NCBI GenBank assembly: GCA_032718475.1
Contig: JAUCBJ010008381.1
Span: 6,157 to 70,156, forward strand
Direction of reading: 5' to 3'
Source: Nemertoderma westbladi
Taxonomy: Eukaryota > Animalia > Xenacoelomorpha
Length of the DNA stretch: 64,000 nucleotides
In this document: piece after piece, positions 1-13,139 of the stretch
Layout of the letters: each line of letters begins with the position of its first letter
How positions within the stretch are numbered: the stretch's first letter is position 1
The notes under the pieces: generated by a model
The model's database searches: none
What the model was told of the DNA's origin: nothing
Seen by the model: the letters and a program-made list of their open reading frames with translations, nothing else
Translations under genes and position numbers: made by a program

Positions 1-1156
1 TAACTCTTCGGTTACTTTCGAAACCAAATTTGTTTTTCGTAAATAACCAAGAGATATATATTCACAAAAAAAGAATCTTTTAAATGGTTTTTTTCGGAAA
101 AAACCAACGTACGTTTTTTTATTCAGAGATAATGGTAGGATATTAAAGTGAAACGTGGTTTGGGTCACCTAGGTATTTCTAAAAAATACAGGTTTGTTTA
201 CGACAATAAAGTTCCAATAATATGGTCTAATGATTTTGTGGTAAATGATTTTATAAAGTGTGTCAGTATGGCTGTCTCAGGCTCACCTAATTTACTAATT
301 ACTATATGGAATCTAACATACCCTAGTAATTAACTCCCCTGGCTGTTGGCCCTTCTATTGGCTTATTTAATTGGCGTATTGATCTGAAAACAAAAGCAGT
401 ATTTTTTCTAAAATCCAAATATCTTTTTTAAGATTTTTATTTTTGAGCGTTCTTTAAAAAGGAATTTATAGTCTAAGGCCTCATGTGATTGTAGTTGTTA
501 TAATCCATTTTCTAACGACTAAAAATGTTATACATTTAATAGTTATGGTCTTTATTTACCTCACTGTTAGCATGGTAAATAAAATGCCCTGATAATAGGG
601 AGAAAAAGTTCTACTTTTTTTCCCAACTAATAAATAATTATTATTTTTTGAAGTTTTTTTATACCAAACAATTTAGTGCTATGCTATTACGGTACCATAT
701 AGTAATTGGTAAAGTTGTTTGTAGTTTTGTTATTTTTTTGTGTTATTGTATATAAAGTCTTTCAATGATCTTTCTTTTGTTTAGAGCTCGTGTACACATA
801 ATATTACGTATCTGCTTTATTAATAAATATAATTTGTAGAAATCACTGATTACAAACAATATTTTAATATTATCTGTAATGTTTGTTTGAAACAGTTTGA
901 CAGTTTGAAACGTGTTAACATGGGTTCTTCTGGGGACTTACGGAAAGGTATGAAAAAAAAATAAAAATAATTATAACTAAATAAACTAACTAAATATATT
1001 AATATACTAAAATACTAAATAAACAGACTAAATAAACTTAAATAAACAGAACAGAGAGAATCTATGTATCGAGTGAGCGCAGCGAGGGTGGTTTACGTAA
1101 ATAAAGAAAGTCATTTAATGCTGAATAGTCTTTTTGAAAGTATATATAAAGTGTAT

Positions 1157-1260
1157 GACGGTTTAGTTCAGATGGTTCAACAACGGCAGACCTGTAATCT
1201 ATTGGCTTTGGGTTCGACCCCTGCCAAGGTCTCACTCAGCCTTTCATATAGCCTTTCAGC
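1157..1260 (+). mobile_element. tRNA-derived SINE head, followed by the start of a Deu/Nin-like domain
   Basis: A-box-like TAGTTCAGATGG and B-box GGTTCGACCC, then ACTCAGCCTTTCAT; acceptor stem does not pair well. Confidence 0.6.
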
Positions 1261-1837
1261 TTAGTTAGCTAGCTACCTATACCTTTGGGTCACCTCCGAC
1301 TGTTTGCTTTGCTTGTGGAGCTAGCCACGAAGTAAGGTGAGCCGCAGCGTAGGGGTACCATTAATGAACCGTTGGTTCTGTTGTTCTGTCGCTCCCAATA
1401 TTTAAAAGTTAATAACTCGATCATTTCTCGATGTAATGTAACCATAATTGGTACACAAATAGTCTGTCAAAAATTTAAAAATTTCACAAGCCTCCAAGAA
1501 GCGAAGCTAAGTTAATTAATTAGTTAATTATTAAATAATTTTGTGCTTAAAAATTATAACACTGTAATCCACATATCCCATTGCATTATAGTTTTTTAAA
1601 CATGCTGGTTGCAAAAAATGTGGTATTGAAAAATAAAAATGGAAAATGACGGAGGAGTAGTCTTTTCAGTGAAATTTTTAAAATCTGACGCAGGCCGCTA
1701 GGGGGCGCAAAATGTTTTTTTTTTTATTTTTTATGTACTTTTGATGATTCTCTTTTCGATGGTATATCGTTTTCTATGCATTTTTCAACCACATTGAAGA
1801 CGCATGTAGGCCTACAAAATAAAAAAACCGTAAGGGG

Positions 1838-2050
1838 GGCTGGCATTGAAGATGCGGATAATCTCGCGAAAGTCATGAGGGATATGGAGTTGTGGCGGTG
1901 CAACTTTGTTGATAAGCCGTTGATAAGCTCTGTATTGGGCTTGTCAATTGTGGATTTCATAGTGGTGGCAAAATACTTTTGTTAAGCCGGTATAGCATAT
2001 CAATGTTCAGTTTCAATGCAGCAGGCCGATTATATACTGTAGTAGTAGTA
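1838..2050 (+). mobile_element. Old 3' fragment of an RTE LINE
   Basis: Encodes GIEDADNLAKVMRDMELWRCNFVDKP, matching the C-terminus of the RTE ORF at 36718-38919; followed by AATGCAGCAGGCCGAT and a (TAG)n tail like that element's 3' end. Confidence 0.8.
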
Positions 2051-2284
2051 GGGCCTAGGCTGTGCCTTTGGGTTGGGATGCAGATTAAAAGGGGAGGAAC
2101 ACTTTAAATTTTGATTCAAATATGACTTAATAAATATCATTTTTACTAAAAATTACACCGAGGCTTTACTACACAGTTACGCTAGACACAAAATCCAATG
2201 ATACACTTTATTATAAATATATTTCCATCACCTAATAACACCAAGTAGTATACTCATGCGAACATAGTTTATTGGAAAGTTTAT

Positions 2285-2898
2285 TTAGTTACAAAGATCT
2301 TCACGGCAGAAACGGGTTCTGCACTTGTCTTTGCAGGTCGATTCAGCATGTCTGCATTGGTTTTCACAAACAAGACGATTTACATATTCCTTCAAGGGCA
2401 AACTATCATCTGTTATTTCAATTTCGTCCATAAGTTCCTTTGTTACGCAAACAGGAGTTGTCGTGATCCTGGAATATCCTACGGTTGTTGTCTGAATGAA
2501 ATAAGAATATTTGTTACATTACCGTTAGTGTAGCTATATATTAATAATAATTGTATATATCAGTAATAATTTGACGATAGTCAGCTGATTAGTAGGTTTC
2601 GTACAACCCAAGGTCTCAAGTCAAAAGAGCTAAACCCGGAAAATGACAATATATTTACAGTAAGTCCTAAAGTGAGACATAGAATCAGAGGTAATCAATT
2701 GAAATTCGTCAAACGCGTTTCTACTTGTTAATAATATAAGGATTTATTCCTTTACAGTACAGACACTGTGTGCTCGCTTACCGCGCAAATTAGACAATCT
2801 TCCATAACATCTAGGCTTTCTTCGCGCGTGTCTAAGTGGTTGCACCTCAAACTGTATCCAACTACAACAAATGTTGCAAATACCAACAATTTCAACAT
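2285..2898 (-). CDS. Secreted 10-Cys Ly6/uPAR (three-finger)-like peptide, paralog A, 107 aa; exons 2898-2782 and 2491-2285
   Basis: Manual splice: MLKLLVFATFVVVGYS|LRCNHLDTREESLDVMEDCLICA ^ TTTVGYSRITTTPVCVTKELMDEIEITDDSLPLKEYVNRLVCENQCRHAESTCKDKCRTRFCREDLCN*. Donor GTAAGC, acceptor TTCATTCAG, phase 0/0, AATAAA at and just after the stop; frame and all Cys conserved in paralog B. Confidence 0.85.
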
Positions 2899-3676
2899 TT
2901 TCACAGAATTTATTTATTTGTAACCACACAAGTTTGAAATCAAAATAATTTATTTAAACAATAGATTGGGGAAGTCGAATATTCAAAATTCTGAAAAAAA
3001 ATTCGAAATAAAAAAAATTCGAAATTTTGAAATAAACCCTATCTGAATCTTTCCCACAAATTTTGCACAAGACAGCAATACTGACAGCAATAAATTGTGT
3101 AATATTGCACAATATCGAACACCAGCAAATTGTACACCAAAGGTTCCGCGGTATATAAACTAATTCCCTTATTATTTTATTTCCCTTCAATTTATTTCAC
3201 GCTTTATTTCAATGTACCTAATTATATTAAATAAGATAATAATTATTATATTATTATTATGTATTTGCAATTTCAGCGAGACTTTCCTGTTAACAAAATT
3301 ATAAGATTTCCTCAAAAATTAGCAGACTAATTTAAGTGGATATTGAAAGAGTTAACCGTATCTATATACATACTGTAGGCCTACAGGCAAAAATACTACA
3401 GTAAGACACGTGGAGTGTGTTGGACAGACCAACTGTACACTATGTAGGGTAGGTAGGTAGATACTCGACTGTATGTACGAAAGACATTGAGTCTACAGTA
3501 TAAGTGTGTTGAACGAACTATAGAACTGAATGTGCAGTATAAACTGTTGGAAACGTTATCGGGTGGCAGGTGTCTGAGTTATTTAATAATCGTAAATTAT
3601 TATCCGAGGCTGCAATCTCGGCGCAATTCTATGTTGCAACAAACTTATAGAGTAACGAGTGCTTACCGATGATATA

Positions 3677-4506
3677 TGGATCTAGGACACTTCCCCCCCG
3701 GACACTTCCCCCCCGCCCTAGTAGGACACTTCCCCCCGGACACTTCCCCCCCGGACACTTGCCCCCGGACACTCCCCCCCCCCCAGTTAAAGTGTTAAAA
3801 TTAATCCCGGTGCATCAAAGCAATAAACAAAAGTTAAAGATGGTTACAGGACAAGTTGTATCAAGACAAGTTTTTTCAAAATTATAAAATAAACATTTTT
3901 ATAGTCAAATTTTGTTTGTTTTTCTTTTAATTCCTTTAATTCTTTTAATTTCTTTTAATTGGGGGCTGCCGCCCCCAAACCCCCGCTTCTTTTGTTGGGG
4001 CTACCGCCCCCAAAACCCCGCTTCTTTTCTTGGGGGCTGCTGCCCCAAACCCCCGCTTCTTTTATTGGGGGTTATCGCCCCCAGACCCCGGCATTTCCCT
4101 GAGTGCCCGTGGTGAAAGACTTAAGACCATTTTGAAATAATTAATTCATGTTTGTATCATCAGATAATAAATTGTCTAAGCCTAAAGTAGGAGCTGTATT
4201 GAATGTTAACCAATTTAATATATAAATTACTACAATATTATATAATTCAACAAAATCCTATTAAAAATATTGCAAGTAACCATGAAATTTAATATGTAGT
4301 GTGAAATTGGATACAACTTATCTGGATACAAGCGGTCAGCGGTACAAGCGGTTTACCTTACAAAATGAAAAATACGAATGTGAGAAGTTAAGAACAGTCG
4401 GGGGGGAAGTGTCCGCGGGGGGAAGTGTCTGGGGGGAAGTGTCCTGGGGGGAAGTGTCCTACTTGAGCGGGGGGGAACTGTCCGGGGGGGAAGTGTCCGA
4501 ACACCG
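3677..4506. mobile_element. Non-autonomous TIR DNA transposon (MITE) with TA target duplication
   Basis: TIRs made of GGACACTTCCCCCC subrepeats (left TGGATCTAGGACAC, right reverse-complement CGGTGTTCGGACAC); TA at 3675-3676 and 4507-4508; absent from copy B. Confidence 0.85.
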
Positions 4507-4908
4507 TACAGTACTATTAATGTATACTGTAATAATAATATAATTGTTGCATTTAAAATTATGTGCGCCAGCATTAATACTTCGAAAACATTCAGCTCGC
4601 GGTACGCCGATTTTAGAGCATTCATCGCGTGTTCATGTCTTTTTAAATAATAGACTATGTCATCTGAATGTCAAATGTCTACAGTTTGTACAGTATGAAT
4701 AAAAGGACGAAAAGTTTACAAAGTTTCAAAGTGAATACTGAGCTCAATAAAATAACACAAACTATATATATGTGATACAAAAAATATCTAACTATTTTAG
4801 ATTTAGTATCATTGCCTCTTACAAAGATTTCCTATACAGGGATGAAATGAATGCTACAATAATTTTTTCCATCCAAATTGAAGGTAAATTTTGTTGTCTG
4901 CATTTACA

Positions 4909-5213
4909 CCACAGTAAACCCTTCCACTCTGTTTCCTAAAGGGATGCCTGTTCTCCACTATGGGTTATCTTCCACAGTAAACCCTTCTACTATGTTTCCT
5001 AAAAGAATGCCTGTTCACCACCATATGGGTGATCTTCCACAGTAAACCCTTCCACTCTGTTTCCTAAAGGGATGCCTGTTCTCCACAATGGGTGATCTTC
5101 CACAGTAAACCCTTCCACTATGTTTCCTAAAAGAATGCCTGTTCACCACCATATGGGTGATCTTCCACAGTAAACCCTTCAACTCTGTTTCCTAAAGGAA
5201 TGCCTGGTCACCA
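4909..5213. repeat. Minisatellite, 63/65-bp alternating units
   Basis: CCACAGTAAACCCTTC recurs at 4909, 4972, 5037, 5100, 5165; same family at 53113-53361. Confidence 0.9.
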
Positions 5214-7135
5214 CCGACCTAGCACCGACCTTAGTACATCTTCTGTCACCATGTGGGTGTTCATCAACTTCGTCATCAGATGCTTGGAACTACCCACGAG
5301 TCTCTCGACGCACCCTAAAGTATGCGGAGCATACAGCGTCCTCCTTTCCCACTTCACCTGTCGTCTCCTCATTGCTGCCCTGACTTCCTCTGCTTCCAGG
5401 ATGTCTAAGGCCTCCGCCAGCTCATTCTCCGCCCCCACAAAGTTGGTTCCATTGTCGGAGTAGATCAGTGCGATCGTCCCACCTTTGCGGTCTCTGAATC
5501 TCTCTAGGGCATTGATAAATGCCGATGCGGTTGCGTCTTGGGCGAGTTCTATTCCTACCGCCCGCGTGTTGTTACATACCAAGATAATGCCGTAGCGCTT
5601 CTCCGTGTGCCGCATCACCCTGATCTTTATCGGCCCGAATATGTCTACACTGCAGTGCGTGAATGGCGGGTCGTGCTGTCTCACCCTGCTGGCCGGTAAT
5701 GGCGCCATCTCCTGTACGGCCCACTCCTTCCTCGTCCGTCGGCAGGTCTGGCACTGCCCCACTACCGCCTTCACCTTCTTTCTTAGTTGTGTGATCCAGA
5801 AGGTCCTCCGTATCTCCGTGAGGGTCCGGTTGGTGCCCCCGTGCAATATCGACTTGTGGGAGTCCCAAATGATCTGGTGGACCATCGGCGATCTATTCGG
5901 GATGATGATGGGTTTCGGTGGGATAATGAGGCTGTTGTTATTTAGCACTCTGGAGTTCATTACTAAGATCCCATCGTCATTGAGTTGTGGCGACAGCATG
6001 ATGAGCTCGCTGTCCCGTCGAAGATGTTGTTGTTTACCGACGCGCTCCACTTCGTCGCCGTAGTTCTTTCTCTGTTCGTAGCAAATCACGGCCTTGGCCG
6101 CTCCCTCCAGATCGATGTTTGGTTTCCTCTTGGCGTCTTTGCCAATTCCCTTGAGGAAATCCCCGAAGGCTCTCCAGTACGCTACCAACTTCTTGGTCTT
6201 GTACCAACTTGAGCTGTAGCTGAGGAGTTTATCCGTCGGGTTATCGCATGGTTCTTCTGGTTTTGGTTGCACGTCCCTGATCTCCCTCACCATCTGACTA
6301 TATATCTCTTCACCTTCTGAGTCTCCTCCCTCTTCCTCTAGTGCTACTTCCTCTGAGCCTGGGTCCACCTTCTTCATCGGTGGCCAGGCTGTCTTATCGT
6401 TCAGGAATTGTGGCCCGTGCTGCCACAATACTTCCTTCTTTAAGAAAGTGTGGCGTGCCACGCCCCTCGATAACAAGTCCGCTGGGTTCTCGTCCGTTGT
6501 GCAGTAGTGCCACCTTTCCAACTCAGTCGTCGCTCTTATTTCGTCCACCCTATTTGCGACGAATATAGGGTATCTCGTCTTCTCATTGTGTAGCCAACCA
6601 AGCACTACCATGGAGTCCGTCCAGTAGTGTGTTTCCACTATGTTGGGAATATTGTCCATCAAGTAGGCTGTGGCCCTTACTCCTAACCTCGCAGCTGTCA
6701 ACTCGAGTTTCGGGACCAATGCTGAATCTGGCGGCGTCGACTTTGCTTTGCTGAATGCAAGTCTGGGCTTATGAGCCCCCTCTCGTTGTACTAGGTAGAG
6801 TGCCGCTCCGTATGCTTCCAATGACGCACCGGAGAACATGTGTAGCTGTAGATCCAGATCCGTCATGTCCCCATTCGGGAAATACACGCGTGGCATGCTG
6901 TATGTTCCCATCTGTTCTAAACTCTCTGTCCACTTACTCCACTGCTTGCTGATCTCTTCCGGGACCTCTGTATCCCACTCGTCCTTTAGCTTATATACTT
7001 TCTTAAGTATTTGCTTCCCCGTGACTAGTAGTGGGGATGATAGGCCTAGGGGATCGTATATCCTTGCTATGTACGATACATAGCCCCTCTTTGTGTGGAT
7101 GTCCGCGCCCTCTTGGCTCAGCTGGTACTTGAACT
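5208..7135 (-). mobile_element. BEL/Pao pol fragment (RT thumb, RNase H, integrase), truncated at both ends
   Basis: Frame extends upstream of the 567-aa ORF (TKRGYVSYIARIYDPLG); RNase H motifs LHMFSGAS, PKLEL, WTDS, NPAD; integrase HHCC, SVDIFGP, SDNGTNF, VERLV. Different family from the elements at 20083 and 36526. Confidence 0.92.
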
Positions 7136-7145
7136 AGTCTGTCTC

Positions 7146-7480
7146 TGTGAGTGGATTCAATTCCGCTCACTATCCCCATAAAGTTGGCAAGTGGCGCCTT
7201 TTTCAGCAATATTGGGGATACGAGATTAATGACACCTAATCTCGTATCACCCCCAATAATGGGACTACTCATAGCCCCAAAGAGCAACACAAAGAGAGGT
7301 TAGAGGTCAAACATTCCCGAGAGGGAAAGTAACAGCAGTGGGGGGGGGGGGGGAAGCACTCCCACAGAGGTGGGAGCCGAGAATTCGGTTATTATCCAAT
7401 CAGGGACAGGGAAGAGAGCATCCGCTAGGTACCAAGGCCACAGTAGTGTAGGGATAACAATATATATTATCAGCATACCT
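7146..7480 (+). mobile_element. Truncated LTR-like repeat
   Basis: Starts TGTGAGTGGATTCAATTCC; diverged inverted copy of ~9905-10207; contains a CCAAT box. Confidence 0.55.
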
Positions 7481-8870
7481 TTTTACCGGTCAGTTATCCC
7501 AGTCATTAGAGCAGTTAGGTGACAGTTTCGTACCGGAGAAGTCGATCGATCAGTAACCACGCTGATGCTGGTCGACAGTGGAGCAGCCTTCACATTGGTC
7601 GAGAATTGGGTGGCCGAAGAGATAGGATTGAGGACGAGGCCAAGTAGAATGGCAGTAACAACCATCTCCAGCAAAGATGAGGTCCTGGAGATGAGGACCG
7701 GATGGTGCGGGATAGCAGCGATAGCACCGGGATGCGATTATGGGGCGACGATCGACCCCATCCAGGTGATAGAATCGATAAATATCAACGCCAGGCGACC
7801 AACCAACATCGAAGTCGAACAATATAGATTCCTGGACAGTATCGACTTCTCAATCCCAGAGGTGGACGTTAGGAAGGTATCCATTATAGTAGGAATGGAC
7901 TGCCCGACGGCCCACGAGAGAATGCAGACGGTCTTCGGCGAAGACAGACAGCGCGACCCGGTGGCGATTTTAACACCATTCGGGTGGATGCTAAGCGGCC
8001 CAATCAGAACCAAGATTCCGTTTAGGATGTCGGAGACATCAGCTCAGGAGACTACTCAGACAGGACTTTGAGGGATTGAAAGAGACCGGGGTCGGAACCT
8101 CGGTAGAAGATAAACAGGCAATACTAAGTGTGAAGGAGTCGATGAGATGTGAGGAGGGACGGTACACCATAGACATGGTGTGGAAACAGCCGAAGCTACC
8201 GTTGCCTGACAACAAGAGGATGGTACTCACGAGGCTTCGCAAACTGAAGCAAACGCTGAAACGGAGCCCCAAAAAGGATGAGTACATCCATAAGATGATA
8301 AGGAAGTACGTTGAGAAAGGATGGGCCGTGGAGTTGCCGGTCGACGAACCGAACACGGACAGGGCCTACTACCTGCCACTTCATGTGGCTCTAGATCCAA
8401 AGAAAGGTAAATTGCGGATGGTAGTTGATGCATCAGCTAAAACCAACGGCATGTGCCTAAATGACTATCTGCTGGAGGGCCCCAATATCTTTAACTCGGG
8501 AATCGAGGTCCTACTGAGATTTAGAAATGGGAGACACGCCTTCACCTGCGACATTGAAGGCATGTTCAACCAAGTCCGTGTGACGGAGGAGGATAGTGAC
8601 AGCCAGTGCTTCCTATGGTACAACGGCAACGAGGAACCGTCGACAATACCGATGTACAAGATGGTGGTGCAGAATATGGGGGCCAAGTCGTCCTCATTTA
8701 CGATGACTGTGGCTGTAAGGGATACAGTAGAGGGGAAAGAGGGGAAGTATAGCGCCAAAGACGTCGATATGATTCGACGCGGCTTCTATGTGGACGACGG
8801 AATGGAATCTGGAAATATGGTTAAAGAACTACTGGATACAGGGCGCGAGGTTCGCGACATCCTATATAGC
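7481..8870 (+). mobile_element. BEL/Pao protease-RT fragment, frameshifted
   Basis: LVDSGA aspartic protease, IIVGMD and TPFGW (7565-8071); RT motifs YYLPLH, VDASAK, DIEGMF, FYVDD (8076-8879). Confidence 0.92.
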
Positions 8871-8879
8871 AATCAATAA

Positions 8880-9692
8880 TTTCTTTACACAATTTAACTC
8901 GCCAGTAACTATCAGGTGGAGAAGGCACATATCATAAATTAGAAAGGTCACCTACTGATATTTTACGTAGATCATTTTATACCACACTCATTCCCTATGT
9001 TACGCAAGTTCGCACCACTTCTACATCTACAATCATAAAATACTAAATTTGCCAGAAATCTTATACACAATTTATCAGAAGTCAAAACACTAGTTGCAAA
9101 TTTAACTAAACGTTTACTGAGCATAACCTTAGGGTGGGGAAAATTAACAATATCTTCTACTATGAACCTATGGCTGTTATACAGCAGATGATAAATGTAG
9201 CGCACATTCGTATTCCAAGCTGTGTATATTCTACGGCATTCATCAGAAGCCAAATCCCAAACTGGGCTTCCATAAAAACTTGTCGCATAAATACGTTGAA
9301 TGTTAGACAAGCACTGCGGGTGAGCGAATGAAAATTCCTGCCTTAAATTTGCCAATTTTCCTATAAATGCACCTCTCTTACGCTGTATATCTATATTGAC
9401 ACTACACGTAAAATTAAGCAGAATTCCTAAATGTAGCCCTTTCTCAACCCATGGTAGTGTAACGTTATTTACTGAAATATTCACACTAGGCGGCTTCCAT
9501 GTGTTCTGGAACGGGATACATTTAGTTTTACTTTTTTTCGGATCAATATCAGTACTAATCTGTAATTTATACTCTTTACAAAAATCTTTGCAAATATTAA
9601 TCATGTATTGTAGGCCAATTACGGATGGGCACAATAGAAACATATCGTCCGCAAAGGACGGACAACCATAAAACTGAGCACCAATATAACAA
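8880..9692 (-). mobile_element. Non-LTR retrotransposon RT C-terminal fragment (RTEX/L2-like; clade uncertain)
   Basis: CYIGAQFYGCPSFADDMFLL...PKKSKTKCI...HLGI...FYGSPVW; cut off at 9693 by the LTR-like insertion. Confidence 0.8.
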
Positions 9693-10207
9693 TGTTGATA
9701 TAAACGATAATATTGTTAACTAAACATAATAGCACAGTTGTTCAAGATGAGATAACGAATAATATGATATAAGTGAGATAATGAGGTAACTGAATAGGAT
9801 ACCGGTAACGGTGGTGACGGCGGTGACGGTACAAGAATGGTCCCCACTGTGAGACTGAGATAACTGAAAGGGGCACAAACATTAACCGGTAATATATATT
9901 CACCTCTACTCTACTTGTGGCCTTGCTACTTAGCGGATGCATTTCCCTGGCTCTGATTGGCCAATAACCTAATTCTCGGCTCCCACCTCTGTGGGAGTGT
10001 TTCCCCACCCCCCTGCTGCTGTCACTTTCCCTCTTCAAGAGGTTTGACCTATAACTTCTTTTGTGTGGCTCTTTGGGGCCGTGTGTTGTCCCCGTTATTG
10101 GGGGTGATACGAGGTTGATTGTGATCAACCTCGTACTCCCCAATATTGCTTAAAACGCCACTTCCCAACTTTATGGGGGTTGGTGAGCGGAATTGAATCC
10201 GCTCACA
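9693..10207 (-). mobile_element. Solo-LTR-like element (TG...CA)
   Basis: 515 bp with TG/CA ends and homologous to 7146-7460; no matching TSD found. Confidence 0.5.
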
Positions 10208-11844
10208 GATACTGGGTTTTGTTATACGTCATTTTTATATGTATTTTGTATTTTCTATATAACACAAGACTTTGGACAACACATGATTGATGTTTCCATC
10301 AATGAATTTCCACAAAAACTTGCCAGTACTTAGTTTTAAGCTATTGGTTAAACTACCCACGTTGTTAAATATATGAATTTGTTTTCCGGATTTGAGAAAT
10401 TGTTGATAAAATGGAGCATAAGTCAGGTTTAGGCGCATACACTTTTTGGAGATACTGGGTTTTGTTATACTTTATTTTTATGTGTATTTTCTATATAACT
10501 ATAGATGATACTGGGTTTTGAAATATAAAAATGAGCAAAAATGGTGAGATACACGGTTTTGGCAATTTCAAAAACCTATTTCCCCTTCTTCAAATGCTTA
10601 GAAACTTCACAGACAGACGCAGAACAGTTTCCTGATTCGAATGATATATTTGCAATGAAAGGACCGATTATCTTTCAGCATTCTAATTTCTGATATTTAG
10701 CATACTGCTATTATCAGACGTGTGTTTGCCTGCAATGTTGTGAATAATGCCCTGAATTCGAGCCTTTATCCCCACACCCTCCCAAAAATATTTTTCTATA
10801 AATCTTAAGGGGGGGGGGGGGGGGGGGGGGGGGGTCAGCCGACAGACAGACTAGATTCATTTTTTAACCACTTTCCTTTATTTTTGGCTCAATTGAAAGG
10901 GTTTCGGCTGTTCTTTAAAAGTTATCGGTTGGAATTCTTTATATTTCAGTTTTTAATGCCAATTTTTCAGATTAAAGCCAAAAATTTGTTAACATTTTGC
11001 CAAAAATTGTCAGTTATTCTGCCCTCGTGTGTTGAGTTTTCCACTCTATGGCATTTTTTTCCTATTATTCTATAGCAAAAACTTCCAACTCGTGTAAAAC
11101 TCAACCACTCGGACTGAATAGTTGAATTTCGCTAAATTGAATATGAGTGAAAAAAGCGGTGTTTTCCGCTTACTTTTTGTTATCGAATAATTGTCCTTAT
11201 TCGTTGATTAATTTTGTTTTATTTTGATTAATTTTAATTAATTTTGTTGATGCGTTTTTCCATTGATGCTTAGTTTACCTCACTTATTTTCACCTTCCAT
11301 TCATTCTCAATGATACCTGTTTGAATTCCTGGAATTTTATAGTTCCTAACGTATAGTAGTTGTAGCCTTAGAGTATACGGTAGTTTCCTTTCCGAAAATG
11401 AGTGGGTGTTTTGTAAAACTGCCTCGGATTTAATGTATGTGATTCTTAGAAAATACAAGAATATCTGCATCGTATCTGTTTAGGTCAAAAACTCCTTCAT
11501 AGAACTTTAGTAACTCCACTTAGGTAAGCCATGGTTGTTACTATTTCCGATAAGGATGGTGGGTGTTTTATAAAACTGACGTAGTGCATTGCTTCAGTTT
11601 CCGTAACAACTACAACAATGACGCCTCTGTCACTCTCAGTGGCTTTATTATCAAACGACTTGTGAGTTGCGGCATTAGAGACCTATATAAAATAAACAGG
11701 TAAAGCAGTAAAAAAAAAACAGGCTTACCATTTGGTTTCATTGTTCTGTGGTCTGATGTCTGTTTGGGAGAGTGGTAACAGATTTTGGTGCGATTATAGT
11801 AGGTCATTATCGGTGCAATAAAGATAGGCTTTGGGTAATCCTTT

Positions 11845-11901
11845 GTCCAGCTGATGAGGTGTCGGAAATTACCGCGTACTGGGTCTCAGACACCGAAACG
11901 C
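11845..11901 (+). ncRNA. Rearranged minimal hammerhead ribozyme (Penelope-type relic)
   Basis: GTCCAG-CTGATGA-GGTGTC...GACACC-GAAA-CGC core; the matching substrate strand GCGTA-CTGGGT lies inside loop II. Confidence 0.6.
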
Positions 11902-13139
11902 AACCATATTTTTGATAAAATTTATTATTTTTGCCCTAACTCTACCCCATTTACGGCGACAAAATGTCGAATATATTTTCTTATAGAATATAGGCTTAGC
12001 TTTTGTGCAGTATACTATCGGTATCATTTAGTGTATGGCGGTTAGGCTTAGGGTTAGGGTGCGATACTTACCTGTATGTTGAGCAGATTTAATATATTTG
12101 TGTTTTTTGTTTATGTTGTTATTTGTTTGTATTGTTTTTGCGGTTTTTGATGGCCCTAGTGGCTGAGTACTACTTTGGGCGTTAATGTCCTGATTCTATG
12201 TATTTTGTTAGTTTGTGGGGTGTAAGACTCGAGGTTTTATCTGATTATTTTATATACAATAGCCCCTGTTAGTCAGTATGTCGACCTTTAATTATCATTA
12301 AAGACCTACAAACACAAACTGGGAGAGTGCTGCATCATCCATAAGCGGGTTGTTTTTAGATTTTATATAAATATGATATTCCCAAATCACTAGAACATAG
12401 AGTATATGGCGCACTAGTTCGGCAATATCATTTTACTGCCATCCACTAATTTTATTTTATCATTATACACCGCCATCGCGGTTGGCATATATATCTTTTT
12501 ATTTAGTATCCAACATTAAAAATACAAGGATTAATATTTTAACATAAACCCACGAGGTAATATTATAATAAGGTAATTTATTAAGCCCTTCATGGTTAAA
12601 GTGTGGAGTCACTCCTGGTTTTGCCTCACGTAGCTATTTCGCCTAGTTTAGGGCACTCAGTGCAAATTAGACAATACTAGCAGAGTAGCTCAGTTGTCAC
12701 CCCCCTTATTGTGTGAAAGGAGGCCATTTTCCGACATAGTCCACTAATTTTACTCCTGCGTTTCCTCGAAGTATCACTAACGTGACGGTATGTCTACTTT
12801 CCTTCAGTGAAATACAAAAATAGTTATGTTTACTTTTCTTCACTGAAATAGTGAGTAAAAAGCAATACTATATTTCTCTGCTTTTACAAACTTAAGTGAA
12901 AGATATTTTTATTTTTTTTATTTTTAGTAAATATTTGAAGCATTATTTAAGGATATTGTTAAACGCCAGTTCCTGTACCTCAGCACACTGGTATTGCACT
13001 TTATGCAAACTGTGCGGCCATGGTATACGAACCAGTACTTCGTACTACCTCGTCGAGACAGGGGGGGAAACTCGACGCAAAACCCGCCTTCGCGAATTAA
13101 TATCCCGCCTCAATGTTAAATTCTCATACGTGAGTGTTT

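Larger units (their letters stand above)
1..5210. repeat. Duplicated unit, copy A (starts before the window); contains secreted-peptide gene A
   Basis: Colinear with copy B: 1-3670 = 15182-19215; ~4525-4762 = ~34221-34492; ~4763-4790 = ~36030-36060; ~4795-4910 = ~52911-53027, then the same 63-bp satellite. Confidence 0.9.

Noticed and set aside
1157-1231. Functional tRNA-Tyr (GTA-like anticodon loop)
   Set aside because: Acceptor and anticodon stems pair poorly and it continues into a SINE-type motif.
2744-2929. ORF-track protein MWLQINKFCENV... (also 18137-18322)
   Set aside because: Wrong frame; the overlapping frame from ATG 2898 gives a signal peptide and splices in phase to the Cys-rich exon.
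12040-12060. TTAGGG telomeric repeat
   Set aside because: Only two or three degenerate units, interstitial.
12622-12665. Second hammerhead on the minus strand (CTGAGTG...GGCGAAATAGCTA)
   Set aside because: Core is not CUGANGA and the UH site is absent; at best a dead relic.
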